Shown here: piece by piece, positions 20,204 to 30,785 of the stretch | How the letters are laid out: every line of letters starts with the position of its first letter | How positions within the stretch are numbered: the first letter of the stretch is position 1 | Assembly: GCF_004010195.1 (NCBI RefSeq) | Contig: NC_057749.1 | Location: 23,303,375 to 23,339,764 of the forward strand | Direction: 5' to 3' | Length of the DNA: 36,390 nt | DNA from: Chiloscyllium plagiosum | Lineage: Eukaryota | Position numbers and translations under genes: made by a program | The notes under the pieces: model-generated | Seen by the model: the letters and a program-made list of their open reading frames with translations, nothing else | Told to the model about the DNA's origin: nothing | The model's database searches: none

Positions 20204-21741
20204 CTAATATGTAACTACAGCATCCTCAGTTGTGTTAATTTTGCTCCATACATTCCATGTAACCTAGACTTAGGCTTCATTACTTTCCCACTTCATCCAC
20301 CTACTCTATTTTAGGACCATCTGCCTCTCTCAACATTTTGTGAATCCTGGGATTACTTGCCAATATTCTCTCCTAGTTCCCACATTCCCACTGAGTTAGT
20401 TTAAATCCTTCCCAAAGGCACAAGCAAAGTGCTCCATAAGGAATTAAATCCCAACTCTGCTCAGACGTAACCCATCTGGCTTGAAGTCTGATAATGCTCT
20501 GTGAAGGGGTCTTGGGATGTTTACTATGTTGAGAATGCAATATAAATGCAAATTGCTGTTTGCAATTTCACCAGGTTATATTCAATTTCCGAATCCAAGT
20601 TATTGAGCGCAACTAGAAATCATGGTGAACCTGTAATATTGAGAATTATCAGACACTGCTGCAGGGATATTGGAAAATAAACTATTTGTACATCCTTTGG
20701 AATATTTAGTTTGCCAGAAGGAACACATGGTCAAATAGGTATTGGGAGATATACACCATTTGCCACGGCATGTTACAGATCAAGTGTGCCACATGAAAGA
20801 CTCCTGGAGTGACCATCTAGGGGTTCAAAATGCTTTGAAGTAAAAGTTCAGTCAGATCTTCCCTGATGTAATATTCTGCCAGCCAGCTCTCTGCCTTTTT
20901 GGTCTTTGCTCTGCAGGTCCTCATCTCTGTATGGAATCTGTGTTTACACAGGCCACAACTGCAGAGCAAGCCTATCCTTCAGGAATGCTCTGCTGTTGCT
21001 ACGGACGCAGCTAGGTCAAGATTCTGGGAAGTCGTCAAGGCCGCTTGCACTGAGACCTGAACAATACTTGCTGTAATGACAAATACATCTTCATTTCACT
21101 TCAGTGGCGCCCAGTGTAGGCTGGAGTAAGGGAAGATCTCAGTCACAATTTTTAAATCGTTATTTTACTGAGCAGAAGGTGTGGGTCAATTAATAAGACT
21201 TTTTGAACTAATATCCAGTCTATAGTTATTGATTAACCATCCAAGATAGGAGCAGCATGATTCAAAAACCATGATTCGGGATGTGACAACTTAAAGCATG
21301 AAACATGTCCCTTTCAGAATGAGGCCCACAGTTCCTGTTGATTTTGGAAAAGCCCCCTGTCATAAGATGAACTACTTTATATTTTTATAATCGATCATCC
21401 TGTTAAATTTCCATTGGAACTCTCTCCTCTCATGTCAGAATCTCCATTGTATTTTTTTATTTTCAAATTCTCATCCAATTTCAAGATTATCCCATTCAGT
21501 CACTGCTAATGAATGACAATAACTAAAACTAGAAATTAAAGTCATATAGCATTTTTGAGTAATAAGAGTATCCCATGGTGCTTCATGGGAGTGTTAGTGT
21601 AGAACATTTGAGTGACATGGCAATATTATTGCCAATTGTTTTAATTCATGTGATGAGAGTTTTGCTGGCTAGGCCAGCATTATTGCTCATCCCTAATTGT
21701 CAAGAGTCAACCACATCACTGTGGGTCTGGAGTCAAGTAGG

Positions 21742-21872
21742 GGTGGCACAGTGGCTCAGTGGTTAGCACTGCTGCCTCACAGCCCTAGGGACCCAGGTTC
21801 GATTCCAGCCTCAGGCGACTGACCATGTGGAGTTTGCACATTCTCCCCGCGTCCGCATAGGTTTCCTCACCA
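21742..21872 (+). mobile_element. HE1 SINE 5' portion
   Basis: A-box GTGGCTCAGTGG, B-box GGTTCGATTCC, start of the V-domain. Confidence 0.88.
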
Positions 21873-21894
21873 TGCTCAGAGAGGTAGGCCTCAA

Positions 21895-22190
21895 AGATAA
21901 ATTATCTTGAAGGAGAAAAGCAATTTAGAGAGCTGGAGAGGTTTGAGCAGGGAACTCCAAAGTTTATGGTCCTGCCAGTTGAAGGTACACCTACTACTGT
22001 AAGGGCTATAAAAATGGGAAGTTGAAGCAACACAGAGATCTCAGGGGTTTGTGGGGCAATGGATTACAGCAGTAGTGAGGACGAGCCCACAGTGGGATTT
22101 GAATATAAGGGTAAGAACTTTCAAACTGAAGGCCTTCCAAGCCAATATAAGTCAGTAAGTACTGGAGGTGATTGGCCAATGGAAGGTAAT
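21895..22190 (-). mobile_element. L2-type LINE 3' fragment, decayed (related piece at 32385-32505)
   Basis: GGGAACTCCAAAG..., GGATTTGAATATAAGGGTAAGAACTTTCAAACTGAAG and AGCCAATATAAG resemble antisense L2 ORF2 C-terminus; recalled similarity only. Confidence 0.5.
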
Positions 22191-22774
22191 GTACATACAC
22201 CAAAACTTAAGTGCAGGAGCATTGAGATTCCTTCACCTTAAAGCAGAGTGACACCTTAAAGCAGAACTTCCAAGGTTTGATTTCCTCAAATCGCTGTTTT
22301 GGGAGCGTTGCACATATGTGCACTACCGAAACCATCAACCTGAATTGTATCACCTGAACGTGGCTGATGACAGAATGGCTGCACAGTGCTATCAGGGCTG
22401 GAGTACCTGGCACAGTCATGTGTGGCATGGAGAGAGCACAGAAGGTCAAGGCCTTCCATGTAATAGCAAGCTGCTTCTTCCATTCCAATGTGGCGTTCTT
22501 GTCGGTAAATGATGTTAATGGAGTGTTGGGTGGCAAGACATCAAATAAGTTTGCACTTTGCACTGATAGAGATGCAACAGTAAATTATAAGACTTGGAAT
22601 AAATGCCCAATGCTATAAAGCTAGGGGGAAGTAAGGGGGATCTCGATGTGAAAGTTGTTACATGGTCAGCATTGAGAATGATTCAATGACTAGACTTTTC
22701 TTCCCATTTGGCCAAGTCTGGGTCCAAGTCTCAACATATTTCATGTAATGCTAATCTTACAAACCAGAAATGTG

Positions 22775-23410
22775 ATTTGATTTGATTTATTGTTGTCACA
22801 TGTACCTAAGTACAGTGAGCAGTGCAGGCCGGTCATAGCAAACAAAGACATGCAGATCATAGGGTGCTTAGACAGAGCAAGACACAAGGTTACACTGCAC
22901 AGGAGGTGCACAAAGCAAGATCAACATGAATTTTGAAATTAGAGATGTCCATTCAGCAGTCTAATAATAGCAGGTAACATCGAGCTGCTCTTGAATCTGT
23001 CAGTGCGTGTGTTCAAACAAGAGGTTGGAAGAGAGTATAACTGGGGTGGGATATTGGCTGCTTTTCCATGACAACAAGAAGTGTAGATGGAGTCAATGGA
23101 TGGAAGGTTGGCTTGTGTGATGGACTGGGCTGTGCACACACCTTCTGTAATTTGTTCCTGTCCTGGGCAGAGCAGTTGCCATACCTGGCCGTTATGCACT
23201 CAGATAGAATGCTTTCTATGGTACATCCGTAAACATTGATGAGGGTCCTTATGAACATGTCTAATTTCCCAAGCCTCCTGAGGAAGAAGAGATGCTGTTG
23301 AGCCTTCTTGTCCATCACATCTACATGGGAGGGCCAGGACAGGTTGTTGGGGATCGTCACTCCTCGGAACTTGACACTCTCGATCTTCTCCACCTCAGCT
23401 CCACTGAAAT
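22775..23410 (-). mobile_element. Rex1/Babar-clade LINE 3' end
   Basis: ORF 23013-23486 GAEVEKIESVKFRGVTIPNNLSWPSHVD..KKAQQHLFFLRRL...YGCTIESILSECITARYGNC; tail AATAAATCAAATCAAATC. Confidence 0.88.
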
Positions 23411-23839
23411 TCATCAACTTCATTAAAGTTATTTCATGGAGCTTTCTCCTGGATTCGTCTGCGTGTGTTGATTTCACCTGTACCAAACAGACCCTCGAAG
23501 AGATTGCAACAGTGAAAGCATGAATGGACTAAAATGGCAATGTCATTGGAATCTTTACTGATTAGCAAATCCTTCATTAATGCCTTCTCGAGATCAAGCT
23601 ATAAGAGCAATCTGATATTGAATGGGCTTCAGCTTTCACATTTTACTGGCGTTCTTACATGTTTAAAATATTTTGAGACCCCTGTAGTTTGCATTCCTAG
23701 CTTGTTTACAGATTGAGTTAAATTGTCATCAACAGAATGCAGAAAATGAATGTTTCAGAAGTCAGCATCTACTCTTACACACCAACAGACCAGAGTAAAC
23801 ACAATCCAGAGTAACACAACTGCAGTTTACTCAACTCTT

Positions 23840-23945
23840 TAGCACGTGATCCAGATGGACATTTCAGCACAATCCTCAGTGTGTGCAATATTGTTGGAGA
23901 TGCCGTGCTTGGCTGAGATTCTACCTAAAGGTTCAAGTTTATGTC
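23840..23945 (+). mobile_element. DeuSINE (SacSINE1-like) fragment
   Basis: AGCACGTGATCCAGATGGACATTTCAG...TGTTGGAGATGCCGTGCTTGGCTGAGA resembles the Deu-domain motif CTGTCGGAGGTGCCGTCTTTCGGATGAGA. Confidence 0.5.
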
Positions 23946-24247
23946 AAATGGCTTACACAGAGCAGAAATCTCCGATCCACAAATCACTTAGACAAAATCA
24001 GAAAGAAATTAGCTGCTCCTCTCCTTCATGAGGCTGTTGTGGGACAAGCCCATTGCAGGCAAGGGTAGTCAGGGTTTATTACTCATCTCTAGTTGCCTTT
24101 AAATTGATCAATTTCCGAGGGCAATTAAGAATCAAGCACATTGCTGTGGGTCTGGAGTCACATGCAGGCCAGATTATTTTTGCCTCAAAAGATCATGAAT
24201 GAACTGGATGGATTTTTAACAATAATTTATATTTTTAACAATAATTT

Positions 24248-24558
24248 GGCGGCACGGTGGCTCAGTGGTTAGCACTGCTGTCTCACAGCACCAGGGTCCC
24301 AGGTTCGATTCCGACCTCGGGTGACTGTCTGTGTGGAGTTTGCACGTTCTCTCCGTGTCTGTGTGGGTTTCTTCTGGTACTCCGGTTTCCTCCCACAGTC
24401 CAAAGATGTGCAAGTCAGGTGAATTGGCCATGTTAAATTGCCCATAGTGTTAGGTGAATTAGTCAGACGGAAATGGGTCTGGGTGAGTTATTCTTCGGAG
24501 GGTCGGCGTGGACTGGTTGGGCTGAAGGGCCTGTTCCACACTGTAGGGAATCTAATCT
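24248..24558 (+). mobile_element. HE1 SINE, full length
   Basis: GGCGGCACGGTGGCTCAGTGG, GGTTCGATTCC, V-domain, tail CTGTAGGGAATCTAATCTA. Confidence 0.95.
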
Positions 24559-24574
24559 ATACTGGTTACCATTA

Positions 24575-25049
24575 TACTACCAGCTTTTATTTTACGGTGG
24601 TGTCGCTGGATATCTAACAGCGACAAGTCAGAATACAAAGGGAAATAGAAGGCTTGGTGATGCGATGCAATGAGAATGACCTTGCTCGCAACGTCGGCTG
24701 AATTAAAGAACTTGTCGTTGACTTAAGAAAGAAAGGAGGAGAACATGCCCCCATCTTCATCAACGGAGCTGAGGTTGAGAGGGTGGAGATCATCAAGTTC
24801 CTCGGAGTGATGATAATCAACAATCTCTCCTGGACTTCTCACGTAAATGTGATGGTCAAGAAGGCACAACAACACCTCTTCTTCCTCAGGCGGCTCAGAA
24901 AATTTGGCATGTCCGTAAGGACCCTCGCCGACTTCTACAGATGCACCAATGAGAGCATACTGTTCAGGTGCATAACGGCCTGGTACAGCAACTGCTGTAC
25001 CCAGCACCGTAAGAAACTCCAGAAGGTGGTGTACACAGCCCAGACCATT
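24575..25049 (+). mobile_element. Rex1/Babar-clade LINE RT C-terminal fragment
   Basis: ORF 24783 IKFLGVMIINNLSWTSHVNVMVKKAQQHLFFLRRLRKFGM...FYRCTNESILFRCITAWYSNC. Confidence 0.88.
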
Positions 25050-25172
25050 ACGGTTGTTAAGAAGGCATACGGTGTGTTAGGTTTTATTGGTAGAGGGATT
25101 GAGTTTCGGAGCCACAAGGTCATGTTGCAGCTGTACAAAACTCTGATGTGGCCGCACTTGGAGTATTGCATA
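25050..25172 (+). mobile_element. CR1 fragment joined in frame to the Rex1 fragment
   Basis: VVKKAYGVLGFIGRGIEFRSHKVMLQLYKTLMWPHLEYC is CR1 sequence. Confidence 0.85.
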
Positions 25173-25194
25173 ACTCTCAATCGTTCTTTGAAGT

Positions 25195-25412
25195 GAGTCA
25201 AGATTACAGTAGTGCTGGAAAAGCACAGCAGGTCAGTAGGCAACCGAGGAGCAGGAAAAATCGACATTTTGGGCAAAAGCCCTTCATCAGGAATTTGGCC
25301 CAAAGTGTCAATTTTTCCTGCTCCTTGGATACAGCCCGACCTGCTGTGCTTTTCCAGCACCACTCTAATCTTGACTCTAATCTCCAGCATCTGCAGTACT
25401 GACTTCTGCCTA
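25195..25412. mobile_element. Palindromic Penelope-type mini-element (copy C) with hammerhead motif and 13-bp TSD
   Basis: Inverted arms span 25195-25377; minus-strand CTGATGA (25290 to 25284)-AGGGCTTTTGCCC-AAAATGTC; TSD GTTCTTTGAAGTG at 25183-25195 and 25413-25425. Confidence 0.85.
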
Positions 25413-25689
25413 GTTCTTTGAAGTGGCCCAGCAAGCCACCTAGGCCATGGGAAATCATGCAGAGATAAAAATCCTAGCTTGCCAGCAATGTCCACATCCT
25501 ATGAAAGAAATGCAGTCACACCTGCTCTTACACAACCAGATATACGTGACTAGGCCTTGTTTCCCAAAGACACTGTCCCATCTTATCCCTTCATACAGAT
25601 TCAATGGAAAGAAGGCAATGCTTGTCTCCATCAACAATACTGTCATCTTGACGTTGTGCACACATTGGTCTTTACAAAAAACAGCCCAA

Positions 25690-25790
25690 TTATAAGTGCT
25701 GCTACCTCATAGTGCCAGAGATCTAGGTTCAATTCTGGCCTCAGGTGACTGTCTGTGTGGAGTTTGCACACTCTTCCTGTGTCTGTGTCA
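25690..25790 (+). mobile_element. HE1 SINE 5' fragment
   Basis: GCTGCTACCTCATAGTGCCAGAGATCTAGGTTCAATTC...GACTGTCTGTGTGGAGTTTGCAC. Confidence 0.8.
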
Positions 25791-25794
25791 CTGA

Positions 25795-26050
25795 GGTATG
25801 AGATGAGAAGTAACTCTCTTTACTTCTCATTAAAAACAGGATTTGAATCTTTGGAATTCTTGACCACAGAGGGCTGTGGAAGCTCAGTGTTTGAGCATGT
25901 TTAAGCTAGAGATTGACAGATTTCTGATTACCAATGACTTACCAGGTTATGGGGTGTAAAAGGCATTGAAGTGTTCGATCAGCTATGATCGTATTAAAAT
26001 GTGGGGCAGTCTCGATGGGCTGAATGGCCTTCTCTTGTCCTCTGTTCCTA
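25795..26050 (+). mobile_element. CR1-type 3' end
   Basis: CTTTGGAATTCTTGACCACAGAGGGCTGTGGAAGCT...GATGGGCTGAATGGCCT. Confidence 0.75.
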
Positions 26051-26510
26051 AGAAATTCTGGAAATGTTCAACAGTCTGCCTGTGTGTGTAGAGAGAATAA
26101 CAGAGTCTGGATTTAGTCATTCCCAGAACAAGAGAACAATTTGCAGGTGGAGAACCCAATTTCCCATTAGATGGGCTTTGCTGATGCTCTTTCCCACAGC
26201 AACGATATTATCATCCCAGGCCCTCTACCAAAGAGACAGGTTTATGTACTGAATCTGTCAAGGGAAGCAATTCTAATGAAGGAGACCATGAAATGGCTTC
26301 AAGGACTTGGATTCTGAACTACCACAACAGAGAGAAGATCAAGGAAGGCAGAGCCCAGACAGAGGACAACTAAGCAGGTGTGGACGGAGCTGGCTGAGGA
26401 AGAAGACAGTAAAAGTGGAGACAGTGCACCAAGAGGATCACAAGAGCATGGAGGTGGACTGGCATTCCACTCCCAAGTACCAAGCTCCACAATTGGACTT
26501 AGAGAGAGGG

Positions 26511-26825
26511 TCATGGAATCATAGAGTCATACAGCATGGAAGACACCCATCAGCCGATCGATTCTACACTGAACTATCGACACTAATCCCACTTTCCAGC
26601 ACGTGGGTCATATCCTTGAATGTTAATGGCACTTCAAGAGCTCAACGATTTTAAGGGTTATGAAACTTCCTGTCTCAACTACCCTCCCAGATGGTGCATT
26701 ACAGACCACCATCGCCCTCTGTGTGAAAGTAGCTATTTCCTCGCAACCTCCTGCCCTTCGTTGACCCTTCAACTAAGGGAAAGAGCTGTTTTTCTATCCA
26801 CCCTTGTCCACGTCCCTCATGGGAT
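26511..26825 (-). mobile_element. CR1/HER1 3' end, decayed
   Basis: TCATGGAATCATAGAGTCATACAGCATGG tail plus ACCATCGCCCTCTGTGTGAAA. Confidence 0.7.
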
Positions 26826-27442
26826 TCAGCATCATCCTGCAGAGTGCCCCTCAGGGCAACAAACCTAGCACAGGCATTGAATCTATTGCCCTGCAATGAA
26901 GGCAAGCATTTGGCCACCGACAATGGACTCCCATCTGATCCACCGGGAAGGAGATCTTGCTCCCAGAGCCTGCAGAGTTCAGGAATACTTGTTCAGCAAT
27001 GTTACCCACTATGTCACGTCCTCAGGGCCTATCAGAACATTTTCAGCTGTTAAATGTGCTTCCTAATGGCTGGTGGGGCCAGTTGCAGGTATTGTTCCAT
27101 TCTGAGATAAAATGAGTGTGTGACAGCAAGAAGGAGCAAAATGATGAGATAGTGTTAACCAGCTGATAGTAACTCATCGAAAAACATGAGAAGATATTCC
27201 ATCAACTCCTCAGCATGGCTAATTTTCAGCTCCTGGAGTCTGATGAACAGATTATTGCATCGTATGAGGGGTTGATACAAAGACAAAGCCCACTTCCTTG
27301 AAAAAGGAATGTTTAAAATAATCGAGGACATTTTGTTGTCTGTTCCAGTGCCTTGTTTCCATGATGCGCATAAACCACATTAATCAGATTTTATCTTAAA
27401 CACAGATCCATGATCCAGACCTCTTATCAAATTTAACGCTGC

Positions 27443-27887
27443 ATTTACAAGGATGTTGCCGGGATTGGAGAGTTTGAGCTACAGGGAGAGGCTAGATAGG
27501 CTGGGGCTGTTTTCCCTGGAGCATCGAAGGCTGAGGGGTGACCTTACAGAGGTTTATAAAATCATGAGGGACATGGATAGGGTTAGCAGGGTAGGGGAGT
27601 CCAAAACTCAAGGGCATAGGTTTGAAGTGAGAAGGGAAACATTTAAAAGGGACCTAACGGGCAACTTTTTCACACAGAGGGTAGTGTGTGTGTGGAATAA
27701 GCTGCCAGAGGAAGAGGAGAGGTCTGGTACAATTAGAACATTTAAAAGGCATCTGCATGGGTACATGAATGGGAAGGATTTAGAGGGTAATGAGTCAAAT
27801 GCTGGCAAATGGGACTAGATTAATTTAGGATATTTGGTTGGCATGGACGAGCTGGAGTGAATGATACATCTCTATGAGTCTATGACT
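27443..27887 (+). mobile_element. CR1/HER1 3' end
   Basis: ORF 27453 MLPGLESLSYRERLDRLGLFSLEHRRLRGDLTEVYKIM...FFTQRVVCVWNKLP; tail TCTATGAGTCTATGACT. Confidence 0.92.
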
Positions 27888-29303
27888 TTCTATATGAAAG
27901 TAATTATGATAACAGAGGAAATGTTAAAAGTCTGTGTACTATAAAGCAGCTCTATGGAACAACCTGAGATAGTACTACAGTACAGAGGAGGTATTGACTT
28001 AGTCAGATGTCTTACAGTCTGCACCAAGGTCATTGTCAATTTCAAGCCAATGATGGGTGTGGGTAACCCATGTGGTCGTCTGTCATTGGGGGTCAGGCTG
28101 AAAGAATCTGTGGGGTTGCTTCATGTTTCAGTTTCCCCAGTGGAGTTTTAAGAAGTGCCTCAGTGAGGGTCTGCACATGGGGAGGCTAGAGGCAGTGGAG
28201 GGGAGAGAGAGTTGGCATGGAGATAGTGGATAGGGGTGGCATTGAGGATGCTTATATTGGGAATGGGTCTGGAAGTGGTGGGATGGTGGTCTTCTCGATG
28301 GGAAGGCTGGGAGTAGAATCGAGCTGTCGTTGGTAGCGGTAGGGTGGTTTTTGGGGGGGGTATAGGCATTGACGTCTAGGAGGAGGGTATAGGTGTCGAT
28401 GATGGGCATTGTTCCTTTACACCAGTATCTGGGTCTGCCTGCTCAGTGGAGCTGCCAACACTTGATTAATGAACTCACAGTGAGAACTGTCTGGTAACAC
28501 CGACAGTGGGGCCCAATGGGACATTGCGATAATGTGGCTATTGGCACCATCCTTAAAAACACAACAGCGCCAGTTTGAAAAGATTCAGCCTCTATTTATA
28601 GAACGTCCTCCTCAGCTGATACATTCGAGAACAAATTTCACGGAATAATCATCCCTTTGTCCTGGGATCAGTGGAAATGAGAAGGAAAGATTCTGGCAAC
28701 TGAAAACAATTGGTTAATATAACCCAGCCTTAATAAAACAGTAAGCTGACCATAGTAATCAGCTCATTAGTGGCCTGATCATTACCATTAGTACAACAGT
28801 GAATATTAAATCCAACAGTCTCTGTTAAAATTGTCTTTTTGAAACTAAAGGCCAGAAAAATGCAATGAAATACAGAATAAATCTCAGATATAGACATTTC
28901 CACGCAGCCTGGCTGCTGCTGCAGGAAAGTGTTCTGTGATGAGAAGATGGAACATCCTCAGTAAATCATCCGGACTTTTTGGCTTTCTGCTCCCAATTCC
29001 ATCTTCAGGCACAGTAGTGGGAGGTGATGCGGTAATTTGTCAAACTCGGCAGCAAGTTGATAACGATCGGTTGAAACTCACACGGACACACTCGTTGGAG
29101 CTGAGACATCCACTGGGTTGTTGTGTCAGGTTAATGGAGATGGACACCTCACTACCTGTGACCACTGCTGTCACTGGCAGAGTTGGTTCCAATACTAGAA
29201 CGATACAAAGCACTAACACACATCAGACATTAATTCCCTGTGACACTAAGTGGCATAAACATCACATCATTTCAACGAATAAAGCAAGGCTTGTATTCCT
29301 GTA

Positions 29304-29400
29304 GCTTTCTTTACAGGACATCCCAAAGCACTGTATAACCAATTAGGTCCTTCTAAGATTTTTTTAAAGCGTTGCAATGTAGGACACACAGTGACTAACT
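29304..29400 (-). mobile_element. DeuSINE/L2-type 3' tail
   Basis: GGACATCCCAAAGCACT...ACCAAT...GTTGCAATGTAGG is the reverse complement of the CCTACATTACAAC...GCGCTTTGGGATGTCC tail as I recall it. Confidence 0.55.
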
Positions 29401-29632
29401 TTTACCCAACAAACGACAATGTGAAAAATGGCTAAAATCAGGGCCTGGATTTCCCACACATTTGGGCTGGTTTCTTTTAGTTGTAACTTGTCAAACAAAA
29501 TATCAACCAACCTGACACAAGTGATCACCAAATTTTAACCCAGCATCGCTGCAATTCATATTCCCTCAGTCTTCCCCATGGGTTTGAAAGCATTGTGCTG
29601 ATGGTGAACGCTGTCCTCAAACCTGACCAAGG

Positions 29633-30235
29633 GCAGCACAATAGTTCACACTGCTGCCTCATGGAGCCAGGGACCCGGGTTCGATTCCAGTCTCAGACGA
29701 CTGTCTGCATGGAGTTAGACATTCGCCCTATTTCTGGGGTGGGCTCCCTTCGGGTGCTTGAGTTTCCCCCCACAGTCTGAAGATGTGCAGGTTTTTTTTT
29801 AGATTAGATTCCCTACGGTGTGGAAACAGGCCCTTCGGCCCAACAAGTCCAGACCAACCCTCTGAAGGGTAACCCACCCGGACCCATTTCCCGCTGACTA
29901 ATGCACCTAACACTACGGGCAATTTAGCATGGCCAATTCACCCTGACCTGCACATCTTTGGACTGTGGGAGGAAACCAGAGCACCCGGAGGAAACCCACA
30001 CAGACACAGGGAGAATGAGCAAACTCCACACAGACAGTCACCTGAGGCTGGAATCGAACCTGGGACCCTGGTGCTGTGAGGCAGTAGTGCTAACCACTGA
30101 GCCACCAAGGATTTGGTTGGGTGGATTGCCCATAGTGTCCAGGCTAGCTGGATTAGCCATGGGTTGGGTCTGAGTAGGATGGGTTGGTGTGAGCTCACTG
30201 GGCCGAATAGCCTGCTTCCATACTAGAGTTTCTAT
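29633..30235 (+). mobile_element. HE1 SINE (+) split by an antisense HE1 (pieces 29633-29792 and ~30110-30235)
   Basis: Ends GATGTGCAGGTT and resumes GGTTGGGTGGATTGCCCATAGTG...GGGCCGAATAGCCTGCTTCC. Confidence 0.8.
29800..30105 (-). mobile_element. HE1 SINE, near full length, nested
   Basis: TAGATTAGATTCCCTAC tail through GTGCTAACCACTGAGCCACC head. Confidence 0.93.
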
Positions 30236-30630
30236 CACCTCTCCAACCTGACCCTACACCACATCCACCCCCCCAGGTGATCTAAGCATCGACTCTTTAT
30301 AATATTTGCTATTGGTTTGGGCATCTTTGAGGAAGTTGCAAAAATGTAAACAACAAAGAGGGCCATGCTTTGAAACTTTCCAACATAATTATTTCTGGTT
30401 TACTAAAATCAGGGCCTGGATTTCTCACACATTTGGGGTGGTTTGTTTTAGTTGTAACTTGTCCAAAGAAAAAAATCAACCAATCCATCACAAGCGATCA
30501 CCAAATTTTAACACAACATCGCCACAAGTCGTGTTCCCTCGGCATTCCCCACGAGTTGGAAAGCGTTGTGTTGACGGTGAATGCTGTCCTCAGACCGGAC
30601 CAAGGACAGTGGTTAACACTGGTATATATC

Positions 30631-30785
30631 TTTGAGGAGAAAGTGAGGTCTGCAGATGCTGGAGATCAGAGCTGGAAATGTGTTGCTGGAAAAGCGCAGC
30701 AGGTCAGGCAGCACCCAGGGAACAGGAGAATCGACGTTTCGGGCATAAGCCCTTCTTCAGGAATGAGGAGATGACCTGGGGGGTG
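30631..30785 (-). mobile_element. Penelope-type mini-element (copy D) with 13-bp TSD
   Basis: Family body on the minus strand; ACACTGGTATATA at 30616-30628 and 30786-30798. Confidence 0.85.
30729..30764 (-). ncRNA. Minimal type I hammerhead ribozyme motif, core intact
   Basis: Minus strand ATTC-CTGAAGA-A-GGGC TTAT GCCC-GAAA-C-GTC-GATT: all conserved core positions present, 4-bp stem II, self-complementary ACGU in place of stem III; predicted cleavage between 30733 and 30732. Confidence 0.65.

Larger units (their letters stand above)
18930..20490 (-). mobile_element. Heavily decayed CR1-like 5'/endonuclease region hosting the Penelope-type insertions
   Basis: Pyrimidine-rich plus strand with scattered similarity to the reverse complement of CR1 ORF2/ORF1 (e.g. 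TAGTTTAAATCCTTCCCAAAGGCAC); no continuous frame. Confidence 0.4.
29432..30609 (+). repeat. ~205-bp diverged direct repeat (29432-29636 and 30403-30609)
   Basis: Both copies run CTAAAATCAGGGCCTGGATTTC.CACACATTTGGG...GCTGTCCTCA.ACC.GACCAAGG.CAG; about 80% identity by eye. Confidence 0.88.

Noticed and set aside
22252..22512. Open frame ending near a possible donor (G|GTAAAT)
   Set aside because: Peptide unrecognised and no good acceptor; overlapping ORFs on both strands suggest chance.
24248..24320. tRNA gene (A- and B-box present)
   Set aside because: This is the tRNA-derived head of an HE1 SINE, continuing into SINE body and tail.
24935..25495. 186-aa minus-strand ORF
   Set aside because: It reads antisense across several unrelated repeat fragments.
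28096..28590. Harbinger-like MITE with GGCTGAA...TTCAGCC termini around a G-rich tract
   Set aside because: Only about 8 bp of terminal complementarity and no clear TSD; insufficient to call.
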